Source: a virus. Taken from it: 64,000 nucleotides of DNA. The position numbers and the translations under genes are program-made. Below are positions 1 to 9,019 of this stretch, piece after piece; position 1 is the first letter of the stretch, and the number at the start of each line of letters is the position of its first letter. The notes under the pieces were generated by a model. That model was given only the letters and a program-made list of their open reading frames with translations, had not been told where the DNA came from and searched no databases. Where the stretch lies: the IMG/VR virus record IMGVR_UViG_3300014720_002669; one strand, 5' to 3'.

Positions 1-138
1 GCCTGGTTGACAGTGTACCAAGAACTGTGCCGCTTGGCTGAAGTTCAAACCTTCAGCGAAGCCACAGACACCATGGTGCGTGAGTATGTGTACTCCGCAG
101 TTGGTGCTGATCAACGCCGTGAAGCATTTTACGCCTAA
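1..138 (+). CDS. Hypothetical protein, 5'-truncated
   Basis: Open frame from base 1 (AWLTVYQELC...REAFYA*), followed by the SD AAGGAG of the next gene. Confidence 0.6.
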   Translation, partial: AWLTVYQELCRLAEVQTFSEATDTMVREYVYSAVGADQRREAFYA

Positions 139-148
139 GGAGACAACT

Positions 149-340
149 GTGAGAGACAATACAAAAATCTTGTTTTGGTTTGCTGTGATCGTTTTCTTGG
201 TCATTGCTGGCCCTTTGTGCACCATCTGGGCCTTGAACACCTTGTTTCCGGCGTTGGCTATCCCTTACACCTTGGAAACTTGGGTGGCCGCTGTGGTTTT
301 GTTTGGCATTGCCCATTCGGGCTTCTCTGTTCGCAAGTAA
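149..340 (+). CDS. Small two-TM membrane protein
   Basis: GTG start after AAGGAG; two hydrophobic stretches. Confidence 0.7.
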   Translation: MRDNTKILFWFAVIVFLVIAGPLCTIWALNTLFPALAIPYTLETWVAAVVLFGIAHSGFSVRK

Positions 341-349
341 GGAGACACC

Positions 350-1120
350 ATGTTTGTAGATGCAACCGCAATGACAGCTCGTGAAATACAACGCCTGGGC
401 CATGAAGATGACGAGGGTCCTGTGCAACGCCGATGGACTGCCCGACGCACAGCCGGTGGTGACCATTCAGGTTACTCAGTGAGCGATGTATGGGCCGCGG
501 CCGCCCATGCACAACGCATCAATGGTGCCTACATCAAACAAGATATGTGGTGGGAGGTGACCCCAGAGTCGCCCACGGCTGGCCAGTTGAAACAGAAAAG
601 CAATCGCAACATCATGATGGAAGCCTTGGAAAATCCTTTCATGATCACCGATGAGGATCGTTCAGCAGGTGAGCAGTGCCAGAGATTCATTCAAAATGAA
701 CTCACATTCCGTGCGCTGAAAAATCAACTCTCAGACTTTGACCGCAGTGTGATAAAGATTACAGCCGTGTCGGATAGATTCTTTCCACAGGCGCATAGAC
801 TGGAATTGGCCACTGTGGCCTGTATGCCCAACAGCCACCAACGTGCCCTCAAACGTATTGAGGACCAGGATCGAATCAATCAAACTGCTGGCTACATTGG
901 CGCAGTGGGTGACAAGGTCACTGTGAACGTGGAAATTGTTCGCTGTGTGTTCAGCCAAAAGTGGAACACCTACTATGCCACTGCCATCTCAGACAAGAAC
1001 GAGACAGTGTTCTTTGCCTGCCGTGAACCATCAACCCCAGGCACACACCTCACAGTGCAGGGCACTGTAAAAGCACACCGCGATGGCCAAACGCAACTGA
1101 ACCGTGTGCGTGTAGTATGA
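350..1120 (+). CDS. Hypothetical protein with probable C-terminal OB-fold
   Basis: AAGGAG SD; C-terminal IGAVGDKVTVNVEI...VQGTVKAH...TQLNRV looks OB-like. Confidence 0.7.
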   Translation: MFVDATAMTAREIQRLGHEDDEGPVQRRWTARRTAGGDHSGYSVSDVWAAAAHAQRINGAYIKQDMWWEVTPESPTAGQLKQKSNRNIMMEALENPFMITDEDRSAGEQCQRFIQNELTFRALKNQLSDFDRSVIKITAVSDRFFPQAHRLELATVACMPNSHQRALKRIEDQDRINQTAGYIGAVGDKVTVNVEIVRCVFSQKWNTYYATAISDKNETVFFACREPSTPGTHLTVQGTVKAHRDGQTQLNRVRVV

Positions 1121-1251
1121 GATTGATCGTTCTACTGGTAATACTCACAGGATGTTCGATATTGAGAGATGCCAGGGATGAAATTGGAAAAGATATCGTA
1201 GTGATGCAGGAAGAATTTGCAAGAATCAGCAACAAGGAGAAACAGCAATGA
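1117..1251 (+). CDS. Small lipoprotein (44 aa)
   Basis: MRLIVLLVILTGC lipobox; ATGA overlaps with both neighbours. Confidence 0.65.
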   Translation: MRLIVLLVILTGCSILRDARDEIGKDIVVMQEEFARISNKEKQQ

Positions 1252-1376
1252 GAAACATCTTTATTGGTTTTGTTTTGGGATTGGTTGTGGCCACAGTGGG
1301 CTTTTCGGGCATTGCTCGAATTGCTGACCGAGGCGTCCAAACCATCCAAAAACAAAGCAAAGAATTGGCCCAGTGA
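1248..1376 (+). CDS. Small membrane protein (42 aa)
   Basis: AAGGAG SD; MRNIFIGFVLGLVVATVGFSGIA. Confidence 0.65.
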   Translation: MRNIFIGFVLGLVVATVGFSGIARIADRGVQTIQKQSKELAQ

Positions 1377-1413
1377 ATCGGGCAAACCAAACCAAAAATT
1401 ATGCAAAAACAGG

Positions 1414-1442
1414 TTGACCAATATAGACTCTTTTGCTATAAT
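1414..1442 (+). promoter_or_regulatory. Sigma70-like promoter
   Basis: TTGACC-17 bp-TATAAT. Confidence 0.75.
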
Positions 1443-1514
1443 TTAGGTATGTTGAGCAGTAATGCAAGACATTTTTTCGTAAACGTGATAGACAACTTTT
1501 TGAAAGGCAACACA

Positions 1515-1868
1515 ATGTCCAATGACAAACTGTTCACCGTGGCAGGTACTGCCACAAACTCCGACGGTACTGTAAAGGTCCGTTTTGCAAACGACTTGGT
1601 AGCACGTATCAAGATTCTCAACAAGGCAGGCTGTAGCAATATCAACTTGGTTGAACTGCCCCAGGCAATGACCAAGTTGGAGGCATTGCAACATCTGCAG
1701 ACCTTGGGCATCACTGATGGTGATGCTGGCTATGCTGTGGCCAATAAACTGGCTGAGAAGAGCCGGGTAGCCAAGAAAGGTGAAGTCAAGGTCTCTGCCA
1801 AGAGTGCCAAAGCCAAGTCGGCTCCTGCAACTGTTCGATCGGATGCAGTTAAGAGCACCAACGCCTAA
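1515..1868 (+). CDS. Hypothetical protein with Lys/Ala-rich tail
   Basis: AAAGG SD before MSNDKLFTVAG; basic low-complexity C-terminus. Confidence 0.75.
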   Translation: MSNDKLFTVAGTATNSDGTVKVRFANDLVARIKILNKAGCSNINLVELPQAMTKLEALQHLQTLGITDGDAGYAVANKLAEKSRVAKKGEVKVSAKSAKAKSAPATVRSDAVKSTNA

Positions 1869-1884
1869 TCCGACAGGCTCCCAC

Positions 1885-1909
1885 AACGCGGTCCATGACC
1901 GCGTTTTTT
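1885..1909 (+). terminator. Rho-independent terminator
   Basis: AACGCGGTC-cat-GACCGCGTT stem followed by a T tract. Confidence 0.85.
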
Positions 1910-1938
1910 ATTGGCTGCTCAAAAGAGATAATTACTGC

Positions 1939-2199
1939 ATGCACGAATTTGATGATGACCCCATTTACCAGTATGCCAAGTCAGTGATGTTTCAGATTAT
2001 GACTGTGCTGTACATCAATGGTCGTACAGAAGCACACGTGGGTGCCATCATGAGACTGTTGGGCGTGGACGAAGATCATGCTAGACTGCATGACGATGAG
2101 CGCATTGAGCTGGATGAAAATTTTGCCCGCATGGCTACAGAATTAAATATGCATGAGCTTGTGTCTGCTCAAGTCCCCCAAGGAACCACAATCCATTAA
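1939..2199 (+). CDS. Hypothetical protein
   Basis: ATG 4 nt after TAATTA. Confidence 0.7.
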   Translation: MHEFDDDPIYQYAKSVMFQIMTVLYINGRTEAHVGAIMRLLGVDEDHARLHDDERIELDENFARMATELNMHELVSAQVPQGTTIH

Positions 2200-2447
2200 T
2201 GTCCATACCCACGTACCGTGCAGTTGAACCACTGTACATTGTGATGTTGCGTAACAACAATCAAGCAGAGCCCATGTTCAAGACTTGGATACGCAAACAC
2301 CAAATTGAACATGCCACAGTCGCAGGCAACCGAATGATGCTTCACCACCAACAAGCATTTGATCGATTCCTTGTAACCTGGTGTCATGAGTGGACAGCCA
2401 TCACGGTATGGGACACTTGGAACCGCAGACACATCTACGTGGACTAG
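2199..2447 (+). CDS. Hypothetical protein
   Basis: TAATG coupling to the upstream gene. Confidence 0.7.
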   Translation: MSIPTYRAVEPLYIVMLRNNNQAEPMFKTWIRKHQIEHATVAGNRMMLHHQQAFDRFLVTWCHEWTAITVWDTWNRRHIYVD

Positions 2448-2475
2448 GCTGATGTGCCAAAATCCTGTGTTTTTC

Positions 2476-2504
2476 TTGACATGCTGATGAAAGGCATGTA
2501 TAAT
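2476..2504 (+). promoter_or_regulatory. Sigma70-like promoter
   Basis: TTGACA-17 bp-TATAAT with extended TG. Confidence 0.85.
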
Positions 2505-2529
2505 TACTGTTCACAACAAGGGAGTCTAT

Positions 2530-2715
2530 ATGACCAATCATGAACAAATCGTAGCCGCTTACGAACAATACATTACGGAAAATGAAAAATTCACAGCCAA
2601 AGGCGTCAAAGCCGCGGCAGCCCGTGCTCGCAAAGCCCTGCAGGAAATGAGCAAAGGCATCAAAGAGCGACGCAAAGAAATCACAGCGGAGAAAGAAGCT
2701 CTTGCAGCCAAGTAA
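2530..2715 (+). CDS. Histone H1-like (Hc1-type) small basic protein
   Basis: ENEKFTAKGVKAAAARARKAL...KERRKEI resembles the Hc1 N-terminal core; GGGAG SD. Confidence 0.7.
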   Translation: MTNHEQIVAAYEQYITENEKFTAKGVKAAAARARKALQEMSKGIKERRKEITAEKEALAAK

Positions 2716-2864
2716 TACTCAGCCTGAGATGCAGGCTCTACACTCATGGCCCCTACATCTCACTGCCGAACTACGGCAGCGACTGTTGGATGACAAACTG
2801 CGCCGAGCCCAGCACTACTGGCAGGCGCAACAGCGTTCCGCAGTCAAAGTTTCTGGAGAGCACT

Positions 2865-3335
2865 GTGTCAGACAGATATCCAATTTTCAAAATTCTCGAT
2901 GAATATCCAACCATAACCAGCGGCCTGGGCACAGACACCTTTACTGTGAGCACTGGTACAAGTTATCCAAATTATGGTGCTGTGCCTACCACAGGCACCG
3001 ACTGCGGCTATGTGTACACTTTGCCCAACACAGTACCTTGGATCTCCAGTGGTGGCAATGGTACCAGCATCAGTGATCCTTCTTTGAAAGTCAATCAAGG
3101 TGGAAAGATCCAAATGCAGGGACAAAATGCTGACATTGAGATCAATGGCAAAAGCATGAAGGCCTGGATGGAACAGGTGGAAGAGAGATTGAACATCTTG
3201 ACTGTCAACCCTGACATGGAAAAAGACTGGGATGACCTACGCAGACTGGGCGAACGCTACAAAAAGTTAGAGAAAAAGTGCCGAGAAAAAGCCCGCATGT
3301 GGGCAGAGTTAAAGAAAGTACAGATCAAACCATGA
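2865..3335 (+). CDS. Hypothetical protein with C-terminal coiled coil
   Basis: GTG after GGAG; overlaps the nadE start. Confidence 0.65.
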   Translation: MSDRYPIFKILDEYPTITSGLGTDTFTVSTGTSYPNYGAVPTTGTDCGYVYTLPNTVPWISSGGNGTSISDPSLKVNQGGKIQMQGQNADIEINGKSMKAWMEQVEERLNILTVNPDMEKDWDDLRRLGERYKKLEKKCREKARMWAELKKVQIKP

Positions 3336-4156
3336 CACCTAAACAACGCATCAAACACATTTCAAAATGGATCCAAGACTATGCCCGACGAGCAGGTGTA
3401 GATACCTTGGTAGTGGGCATTTCAGGCGGGATTGACAGCTCGGTTGTCAGTGCCTTGTGCGCCGAAACAGGACTCCGAACCATTGTGGTACAGATGCCCA
3501 TTCGTCAAAACCGGAAGCTGGACAATCTAAGTTCAGCACAGGCTGGCTGGTTGCTGGAACAATTCCCCCACAATGTCACACACATGAGCATGGACTTGAC
3601 CACAGTGTTTTCTGCATTTGAAAAGAAAGTGCAACCATTCTGTGCACCAGAACAAGAACCCAACGAGCGTGAACAACTGGCGTTTGCCAACTCACGTGCT
3701 AGATTGCGCATGATGACCCTGTATCAAATTGCACAGAGCCATGGTGGCATTGTGGTGGGCACAGGCAACAAGGTGGAAGATTTTGGTGTGGGATTTTTCA
3801 CCAAGTACGGCGACGGTGGCGTGGATATTTCACCCATTGGTGACTGCATGAAAACTGATGTGTGGGCCATGGGACAGGAACTGGGCTTGCTGGATGCCAT
3901 AATTGATGCCTCGCCCACAGACGGACTCTGGGCTGATGACCGCAACGACGAAGATCAACTGGGCATGTCCTACCCTGACCTTGAACGCATGATGAGATTG
4001 GACCTGTTGAAAGGGGCCAAGATCGTGGATTCAAACATGCCTGGCAGTGCCAAACTCAGTGCTGATGATCGTAAAAAACTAAAACGTTATAAAGAACTAC
4101 GTGCTCAAAATCAGCACAAGATGACTCCTGTCCCTGTTTGCATGATGCCTCGTTAA
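3332..4156 (+). CDS. nadE: NH3-dependent NAD+ synthetase
   Basis: VVGISGGIDSS PP-loop, ARLRM, GTGNKVE, GFFTKYGDG, PTDGLW, DEDQLG. Confidence 0.95.
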   Translation: MTPKQRIKHISKWIQDYARRAGVDTLVVGISGGIDSSVVSALCAETGLRTIVVQMPIRQNRKLDNLSSAQAGWLLEQFPHNVTHMSMDLTTVFSAFEKKVQPFCAPEQEPNEREQLAFANSRARLRMMTLYQIAQSHGGIVVGTGNKVEDFGVGFFTKYGDGGVDISPIGDCMKTDVWAMGQELGLLDAIIDASPTDGLWADDRNDEDQLGMSYPDLERMMRLDLLKGAKIVDSNMPGSAKLSADDRKKLKRYKELRAQNQHKMTPVPVCMMPR

Positions 4157-4230
4157 CTGCTATGTTAATGACAAAAACACACCATTTTGACAGTTTTTTG
4201 ACAGCCTTACAGCCAGATAAAATAAGTAAA

Positions 4231-4537
4231 AGTGGTGGTAGAACAACACATTGCAATCAAATAGGATCTTCTACTGCTGATTGGTACCTTGTCCAATTGA
4301 TTAAAACAAGTACCCGTAGCACTGACAAGGGTTTGTCCAAGCCCAAATCAGTGTTCGAAAGAGACTCTCGGAAAGTCTCTTCGTTGACAACTAGAATTGG
4401 ACAGGCTCATTTCCCAGGACGCGAGCTTGTCCCAAACGAGTATGCCAAGGAGGCCCGAGGTCTATCTATGCTCATCTCAACTGAACTTTTGTCAACGTGA
4501 TCTACTCGGGTCTCCGCGTACAGCCACGTATTGGCGT
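4231..4537 (+). ncRNA. Candidate large structured RNA or 5' leader with pseudoknots
   Basis: At least eight helices found by eye in the intergenic region, between TAAGTA (4223) and the SD of the hydrolase gene. Confidence 0.65.
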
Positions 4538-4551
4538 TTAAAGGAAATCGA

Positions 4552-5127
4552 ATGAAGTTTGTGAAAAATCAACCCAACGTGTTAGCAACATGGGCTGGAA
4601 CAATTATCAAAAGTGCGGCCCTATTTGTAGTGGCATTTGCAGTGTGGACAGTATGTGAATCAAGACTGAAAACTCTGAGCAATGATCGAGCAGCCAACAT
4701 GGCCGGCTACGTGTCAGCTGCCGACCGATTGAAACAACTCAACTGCTTGACTCAGAACATATACTGGGAAGCTGCCTCAGAGCCTTTTGAAGGCAAAGTG
4801 GCAGTGGCCCAGGTCACATTAAATAGAGTAGAGTCAGGTAAATTTGCCAACACAGTATGCGGTGTGGTCTATCAAAAGAATGTGTTCTACGAACGAGTGG
4901 TGTGTCAGTTTAGTTGGTTCTGTGAATCCACACACCGAACTAGACCGGTACATCGACCCATGTGGCAAGAAAGCGAACTAGTGGCCAAAAAAGTCCTATT
5001 GGAAGACTTCCGATTGCCCGGCATGAAAAATGCCTTGTACTATCACGCCGACTATGTCAACCCCAACTGGCGCTTGCCCCGAATTGACCAAATTGGTCGT
5101 CACATCTTTTATGGAGAAAAAATATGA
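4552..5127 (+). CDS. SleB-like cell wall hydrolase (Hydrolase_2)
   Basis: CLTQNIYWEA, GKVAVAQVTLNRV, CQFSW, YYHADYVNPNW, IGRHIFY; N-terminal TM anchor. Confidence 0.9.
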   Translation: MKFVKNQPNVLATWAGTIIKSAALFVVAFAVWTVCESRLKTLSNDRAANMAGYVSAADRLKQLNCLTQNIYWEAASEPFEGKVAVAQVTLNRVESGKFANTVCGVVYQKNVFYERVVCQFSWFCESTHRTRPVHRPMWQESELVAKKVLLEDFRLPGMKNALYYHADYVNPNWRLPRIDQIGRHIFYGEKI

Positions 5128-5435
5128 GCACTTGGCCCTTTAACCTGCAGACCATTCGTGATTTTTTGAACAATCACCTGCACCGGATTTCAGCAGATAC
5201 CCTGGGCTGGTTGGCAGCCATTGTGTTGCACTGTGCCACCATTCCCAGTTTGTTGGCCCTGATGACGGGCTTGAGTGATCATGTGCCCAGCTTGGATGTG
5301 GTGGCGTTTCTTTGGTCCGGCTTGGTACTGTTGTTCCTACGTGCTATTGTGCTGAAAGACACCTTGAACATTATCACCATTGGGGTGGGTTTTATAGTGC
5401 AAGCAGGACTCATGGCCCTGATACTGTTTAGATAA
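5124..5435 (+). CDS. Three-TM membrane protein
   Basis: Hydrophobic segments; coupled to the hydrolase gene. Confidence 0.75.
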   Translation: MSTWPFNLQTIRDFLNNHLHRISADTLGWLAAIVLHCATIPSLLALMTGLSDHVPSLDVVAFLWSGLVLLFLRAIVLKDTLNIITIGVGFIVQAGLMALILFR

Positions 5436-5441
5436 GACACT

Positions 5442-6644
5442 GTGGTCAACAAGTACACTCATATCTCTCAAGCAGATTATGAAACAGTGGCCGGCCCAGA
5501 TTGGCCACCTTTTGATTTCTTTCAATTGCATAAAAATGTGCCTGAGTTTGTGTACAAAGAGATCAACAACATGCTTAGGCCGGTTGAAGGATTTTCACAT
5601 CCTACATTTTGTGTGTTGCCATTCTATGCTATAGAGTATCCGGATAACACCCCATGTTGTTTGCTATCTGGAGTAGAATCCGTAAAAGCAATACAACAAC
5701 AAATGTTATCGGGGCAACGTCCAGAGTCTTGCAAAAAATGTTGGAAATTGGAAGATGCTGGTTTAAAAAGTGATAGACTTATTAAAAATGAAACACTGGA
5801 TCATTTCAGCAATGTCGATCTTGAACAATTGATAACTCAAAGTCAACTAGGCAAAAATAAAATCGTTCATTACAAGATTGATACAAGCAATACTTGTAAC
5901 GCTGCCTGTATGACTTGTGGCAGTGATTCAAGTAATACCTGGGGCAAACTACAGAAAAAAAATAACTTGCCCGCAAGGAAAAATTGGAAAATATTGCCCA
6001 ATCAAACAACAGATTGGATTGATTATGCTCACGCAAAATCTATATTGTTTAGAGGTGGCGAACCTTTTTTAAGTGATACTAATTTTTATATACTTGAACA
6101 ATTAATCAAGCATGACAACACTGATTGTTTTGTAAGTTTTGTAACCAATGGCAGTTTTTCTTTGTCTCGACGTCAAAAAGAAATCCTGGCAAAATTAAAA
6201 AACTTGCATTTTTGTTTTAGCATCGATGGCATTGGGCCTGTGTTTGAATATCTAAGATGGCCGTTGAAATGGACTGATATTGAAAACAACATAGCATGGT
6301 GTCAGGCAAACAATGTGAAAGTCAGTGTGAGTTATACCTTGAGCAATATAAATTTATTGTATCATACAACAACCACTCAATGGTTCCGTGATCATAACAT
6401 AAACTACTTGGTCAATCCTGTGTATTCCCCGGGTTATTTTCGTCCTGAATCATTGCCAGCAAAAATCAAACAACAACTGAGGCAACAACACAACATTGAT
6501 GCTATCAGTCAATGGCTGGCACATTCTCCCAGTGATGACAACTGGTTTGCAAAGTTTCAAATTGAAATTGCCAAACAAGACCACATGAAAAATATCAGCA
6601 TGCAAGACTATCTGCCCGAACTTGTAGAACTGTTAAAATGGTAA
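5442..6644 (+). CDS. Radical SAM protein (twitch/SPASM-type)
   Basis: CNAACMTC, GGEPF, VTNGS, SIDG; extra Cys cluster (PCC, CKKCW); AT-rich. Confidence 0.9.
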   Translation: MVNKYTHISQADYETVAGPDWPPFDFFQLHKNVPEFVYKEINNMLRPVEGFSHPTFCVLPFYAIEYPDNTPCCLLSGVESVKAIQQQMLSGQRPESCKKCWKLEDAGLKSDRLIKNETLDHFSNVDLEQLITQSQLGKNKIVHYKIDTSNTCNAACMTCGSDSSNTWGKLQKKNNLPARKNWKILPNQTTDWIDYAHAKSILFRGGEPFLSDTNFYILEQLIKHDNTDCFVSFVTNGSFSLSRRQKEILAKLKNLHFCFSIDGIGPVFEYLRWPLKWTDIENNIAWCQANNVKVSVSYTLSNINLLYHTTTTQWFRDHNINYLVNPVYSPGYFRPESLPAKIKQQLRQQHNIDAISQWLAHSPSDDNWFAKFQIEIAKQDHMKNISMQDYLPELVELLKW

Positions 6645-6657
6645 TACCAAAGTAGTA

Positions 6658-6686
6658 TTGACCGGAAATTGCAATCATGCTATAAT
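6658..6686 (+). promoter_or_regulatory. Sigma70-like promoter, probably leaderless
   Basis: TTGACC-17-TATAAT with ATG 6 nt downstream. Confidence 0.75.
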
Positions 6687-6692
6687 ACAGGC

Positions 6693-6920
6693 ATGAATGC
6701 GAAAAATCCCCATTTAAAAGTCCGAGAGATACGCCAAGATGAGTCTGACTTCATGCTCAACGACGGCATGGTCATGTATCCTCGTGCAATGTTGCACATC
6801 TTGCCCGAATGCCCAACCGAGGTTCGACACACTATTCAGTGGGCAGTGACCAACGGATATGTAAAATTTTCGTCACATGTCAAAGAATCTGAACTTGTTT
6901 GGGAGCGACTGCAATCATGA
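6693..6920 (+). CDS. Hypothetical protein
   Basis: ORF directly after the promoter. Confidence 0.65.
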   Translation: MNAKNPHLKVREIRQDESDFMLNDGMVMYPRAMLHILPECPTEVRHTIQWAVTNGYVKFSSHVKESELVWERLQS

Positions 6921-7309
6921 CCATGCACTTACATCACCCCAGTCTTAGCCTCAGCGGCAAGAAAAAAGGCCGGGTAAAATTTCGCAACGCTGAAGAAGCA
7001 CGGCGTGCCCGCGAACTGGAGGCATCATGGCAAGACTTGCTGAAGCGCCAAGGCATTGAAGCCGAAGCCAAGAAACGTAGTCGTGCGTTAAAGGCTCCTG
7101 TACTGGAATACCGACTATCAGCGCCACCCGGACGTGGCGGTACTGGCCACATTCCCAGCCGTGACACTGGGGGCAACGCCACCCTGGCCGCACCCAAAGT
7201 GTACACAGGTACCAAGGTCCGAGGCATTGCCACCATGCACAAGAGCAATGCAGTGCCCGTATTCTCAGACGAGGAGGCTGTGGAAATCAGCCGTATGCGC
7301 CGTGGCTAA
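6917..7309 (+). CDS. Conserved phage hypothetical protein
   Basis: KVYTGT...GIATMHKSNAVPVF motif recalled from T4-like phages. Confidence 0.75.
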   Translation: MTMHLHHPSLSLSGKKKGRVKFRNAEEARRARELEASWQDLLKRQGIEAEAKKRSRALKAPVLEYRLSAPPGRGGTGHIPSRDTGGNATLAAPKVYTGTKVRGIATMHKSNAVPVFSDEEAVEISRMRRG

Positions 7310-7598
7310 TCGTTGCACTTATTATTTTGTAGTGTCAAAAGACTATACCGACGGCATTGACAGTTTCAAAGCAGGTGTGTATTCTGCAGAGGGATACATG
7401 GGTGCGTTCCTGGGCTGGCAAAGCCGCCTGAGTCTGAATTGTAGTCGTGTGTGGTGCCAAGGTCCCCGAGGTGGTGTCAAGATGGTTCGGGATAGACTGA
7501 CCTGGTTAGCAGGAGAATATGGCTATGTCACAAACAACGCTAAACTTATGAAGGAGTTTGCTTGGGTCAAATTATCTGCACGAGATGTTGGGAGATAA
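7302..7598 (+). CDS. Hypothetical protein, paralogue of the next gene
   Basis: VWCQGPRGGVK...MKEFAWVKLSAR. Confidence 0.7.
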   Translation: MANRCTYYFVVSKDYTDGIDSFKAGVYSAEGYMGAFLGWQSRLSLNCSRVWCQGPRGGVKMVRDRLTWLAGEYGYVTNNAKLMKEFAWVKLSARDVGR

Positions 7599-7599
7599 C

Positions 7600-7869
7600 G
7601 TGGTTAAACGCGACTACTATGGTGTGAAAGGCGACTATGCATGGCACATGCGAACCCAGCACACAGAACTGAGTTTACGCATGGCACCCAGGCTGTTTAG
7701 AGAAAGTGATGTGGTGTACTGTCAAGGACCTCGAGGCGGGGTACGACTCGTGCACGTGAATTATTGGTACGCTATGGAGCCTGCAGGCGGGTACATCACC
7801 AAAAACAGTGAAGCCATGAAACAGTTCGCGTGGGTCAAACTGCGGGCTAGAAATTTGAACTCTCCATGA
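7600..7869 (+). CDS. Hypothetical protein, paralogue of the previous gene
   Basis: VYCQGPRGGVR...MKQFAWVKLRAR. Confidence 0.7.
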   Translation: MVKRDYYGVKGDYAWHMRTQHTELSLRMAPRLFRESDVVYCQGPRGGVRLVHVNYWYAMEPAGGYITKNSEAMKQFAWVKLRARNLNSP

Positions 7870-8099
7870 ACAGCCGCCAGCGACGCCGATTCAATCGACG
7901 ATTTCCACACGTGGTGTTCAGTCGTGCTGACTGGGACGACACCACGCCTTGGTTGGAAACCAATGTGGGACGGTTCAATCAAGACTGGTACAAACTGGGA
8001 CGCGACATTGTGTTCGGCATAGCAGTGGGTTGGCCCGGAGATGAATATCGTTTTAGACGTGCAGAACATGCTATGTGGTTCAAATTGCAATGGTCATGA
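7866..8099 (+). CDS. Small hypothetical protein
   Basis: C-terminal F...WFKLQW motif shared with the next ORF. Confidence 0.65.
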   Translation: MNSRQRRRFNRRFPHVVFSRADWDDTTPWLETNVGRFNQDWYKLGRDIVFGIAVGWPGDEYRFRRAEHAMWFKLQWS

Positions 8100-8338
8100 T
8101 GGAACTTACTGGATTTTTCAAAGACCAGACGATCAATGGAGATGTATGGCACGTGGCTCATTTCAAGGCCAAACACGAACAGCGGAGAGAAATCACTCGC
8201 TGGTGCTATCAGACCTATGGTGAACCTGGATTCAGTCATCTCACACATGACACCAGGTGGAAAGACAGTATTCAATTTGGTTCGATATATTTCAGTCGCC
8301 CGGAAGACCTTGAGTGGTTTGTGTTGAGGTGGCAATGA
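8096..8338 (+). CDS. Small hypothetical protein
   Basis: C-terminal F...WFVLRW motif. Confidence 0.65.
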   Translation: MMELTGFFKDQTINGDVWHVAHFKAKHEQRREITRWCYQTYGEPGFSHLTHDTRWKDSIQFGSIYFSRPEDLEWFVLRWQ

Positions 8339-8376
8339 ATCGTAAACGACAAATACTTTTTAATCAAGGAGAAGAC

Positions 8377-8793
8377 ATGGGCGTATTTCAACAAAATTCC
8401 CTGACCTGGGAACAACAAGAAGTCATGCGGCTGTTGAAATCACAGCCAGGCACCGCTTACCAAGAATCGGATGAAACTGGCAGAGCAGTGTTTAGAGATT
8501 GGATACGCAATCTGCTGATGAACACAGAAATCACAGTGACCTTTGTCAAAGCCGACGGGGCCATTCGTGACATGCGGTGTACTTTAGATCCGGATCGTAT
8601 CCCGCCCCAACCACCCCGGCCAGACCGGCCAGCCACAAAGTTGTCTGTGGATGGTATCATAAGAGAAAACCAAGAAGTCAAGCGACCCGAAGAATCGCAC
8701 ACCCAAAAAGTGTTTGACTTGGACGCAGGTGCCTGGCGCAGTTTCCGTTATGATCGGCTCCGAAAGGTCACTGCCACCATGAGTTTTGAATAA
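8377..8793 (+). CDS. WYL_2/SH3-like beta-barrel protein
   Basis: VTFVKADGAIRDMRCTL...VFDLDAGAWRSFR; AAGGAG SD. Confidence 0.75.
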   Translation: MGVFQQNSLTWEQQEVMRLLKSQPGTAYQESDETGRAVFRDWIRNLLMNTEITVTFVKADGAIRDMRCTLDPDRIPPQPPRPDRPATKLSVDGIIRENQEVKRPEESHTQKVFDLDAGAWRSFRYDRLRKVTATMSFE

Positions 8794-8800
8794 GTAACGC

Positions 8801-9019
8801 ATGACCAAAGAAACAACAATCAGCATGGAGGGTCGGGTACAGGAAATCCTGCCCAACACCATGTTTAGAGTATTACTAGACGATGTCAACACTGAAGTAA
8901 TTGGATACTTGTCGGGCAAAATGCGCACACACAACATCAAGGTATTGCTGGGCGACCGAGTTGCCATGGAGTTCTCCCCGTACGATTTGACTCGTGGTCG
9001 TATCACTAGACGTAGATGA
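8801..9019 (+). CDS. infA: Translation initiation factor IF-1
   Basis: [15 protein letters not shown]...SGKMR...[16 protein letters not shown]. Confidence 0.95.
   Translation: MTKETTISMEGRVQEILPNTMFRVLLDDVNTEVIGYLSGKMRTHNIKVLLGDRVAMEFSPYDLTRGRITRRR

Noticed and set aside
2702-2902. Possible small CDS after the Hc1-like gene
   Set aside because: It overlaps the next gene by about 40 bp and has no SD or motif, so it cannot be supported.
4138-4500. 120-aa ORF across the structured region
   Set aside because: It has no SD or recognisable motif and overlaps the nadE end; RNA structure explains the region better.
4231-4537. tmRNA, RNase P RNA, tRNA or group I intron
   Set aside because: There are no tRNA-like ends or T-loop, no GAGGAAAGUCC, no recognisable P7 core, and the element does not interrupt a gene.
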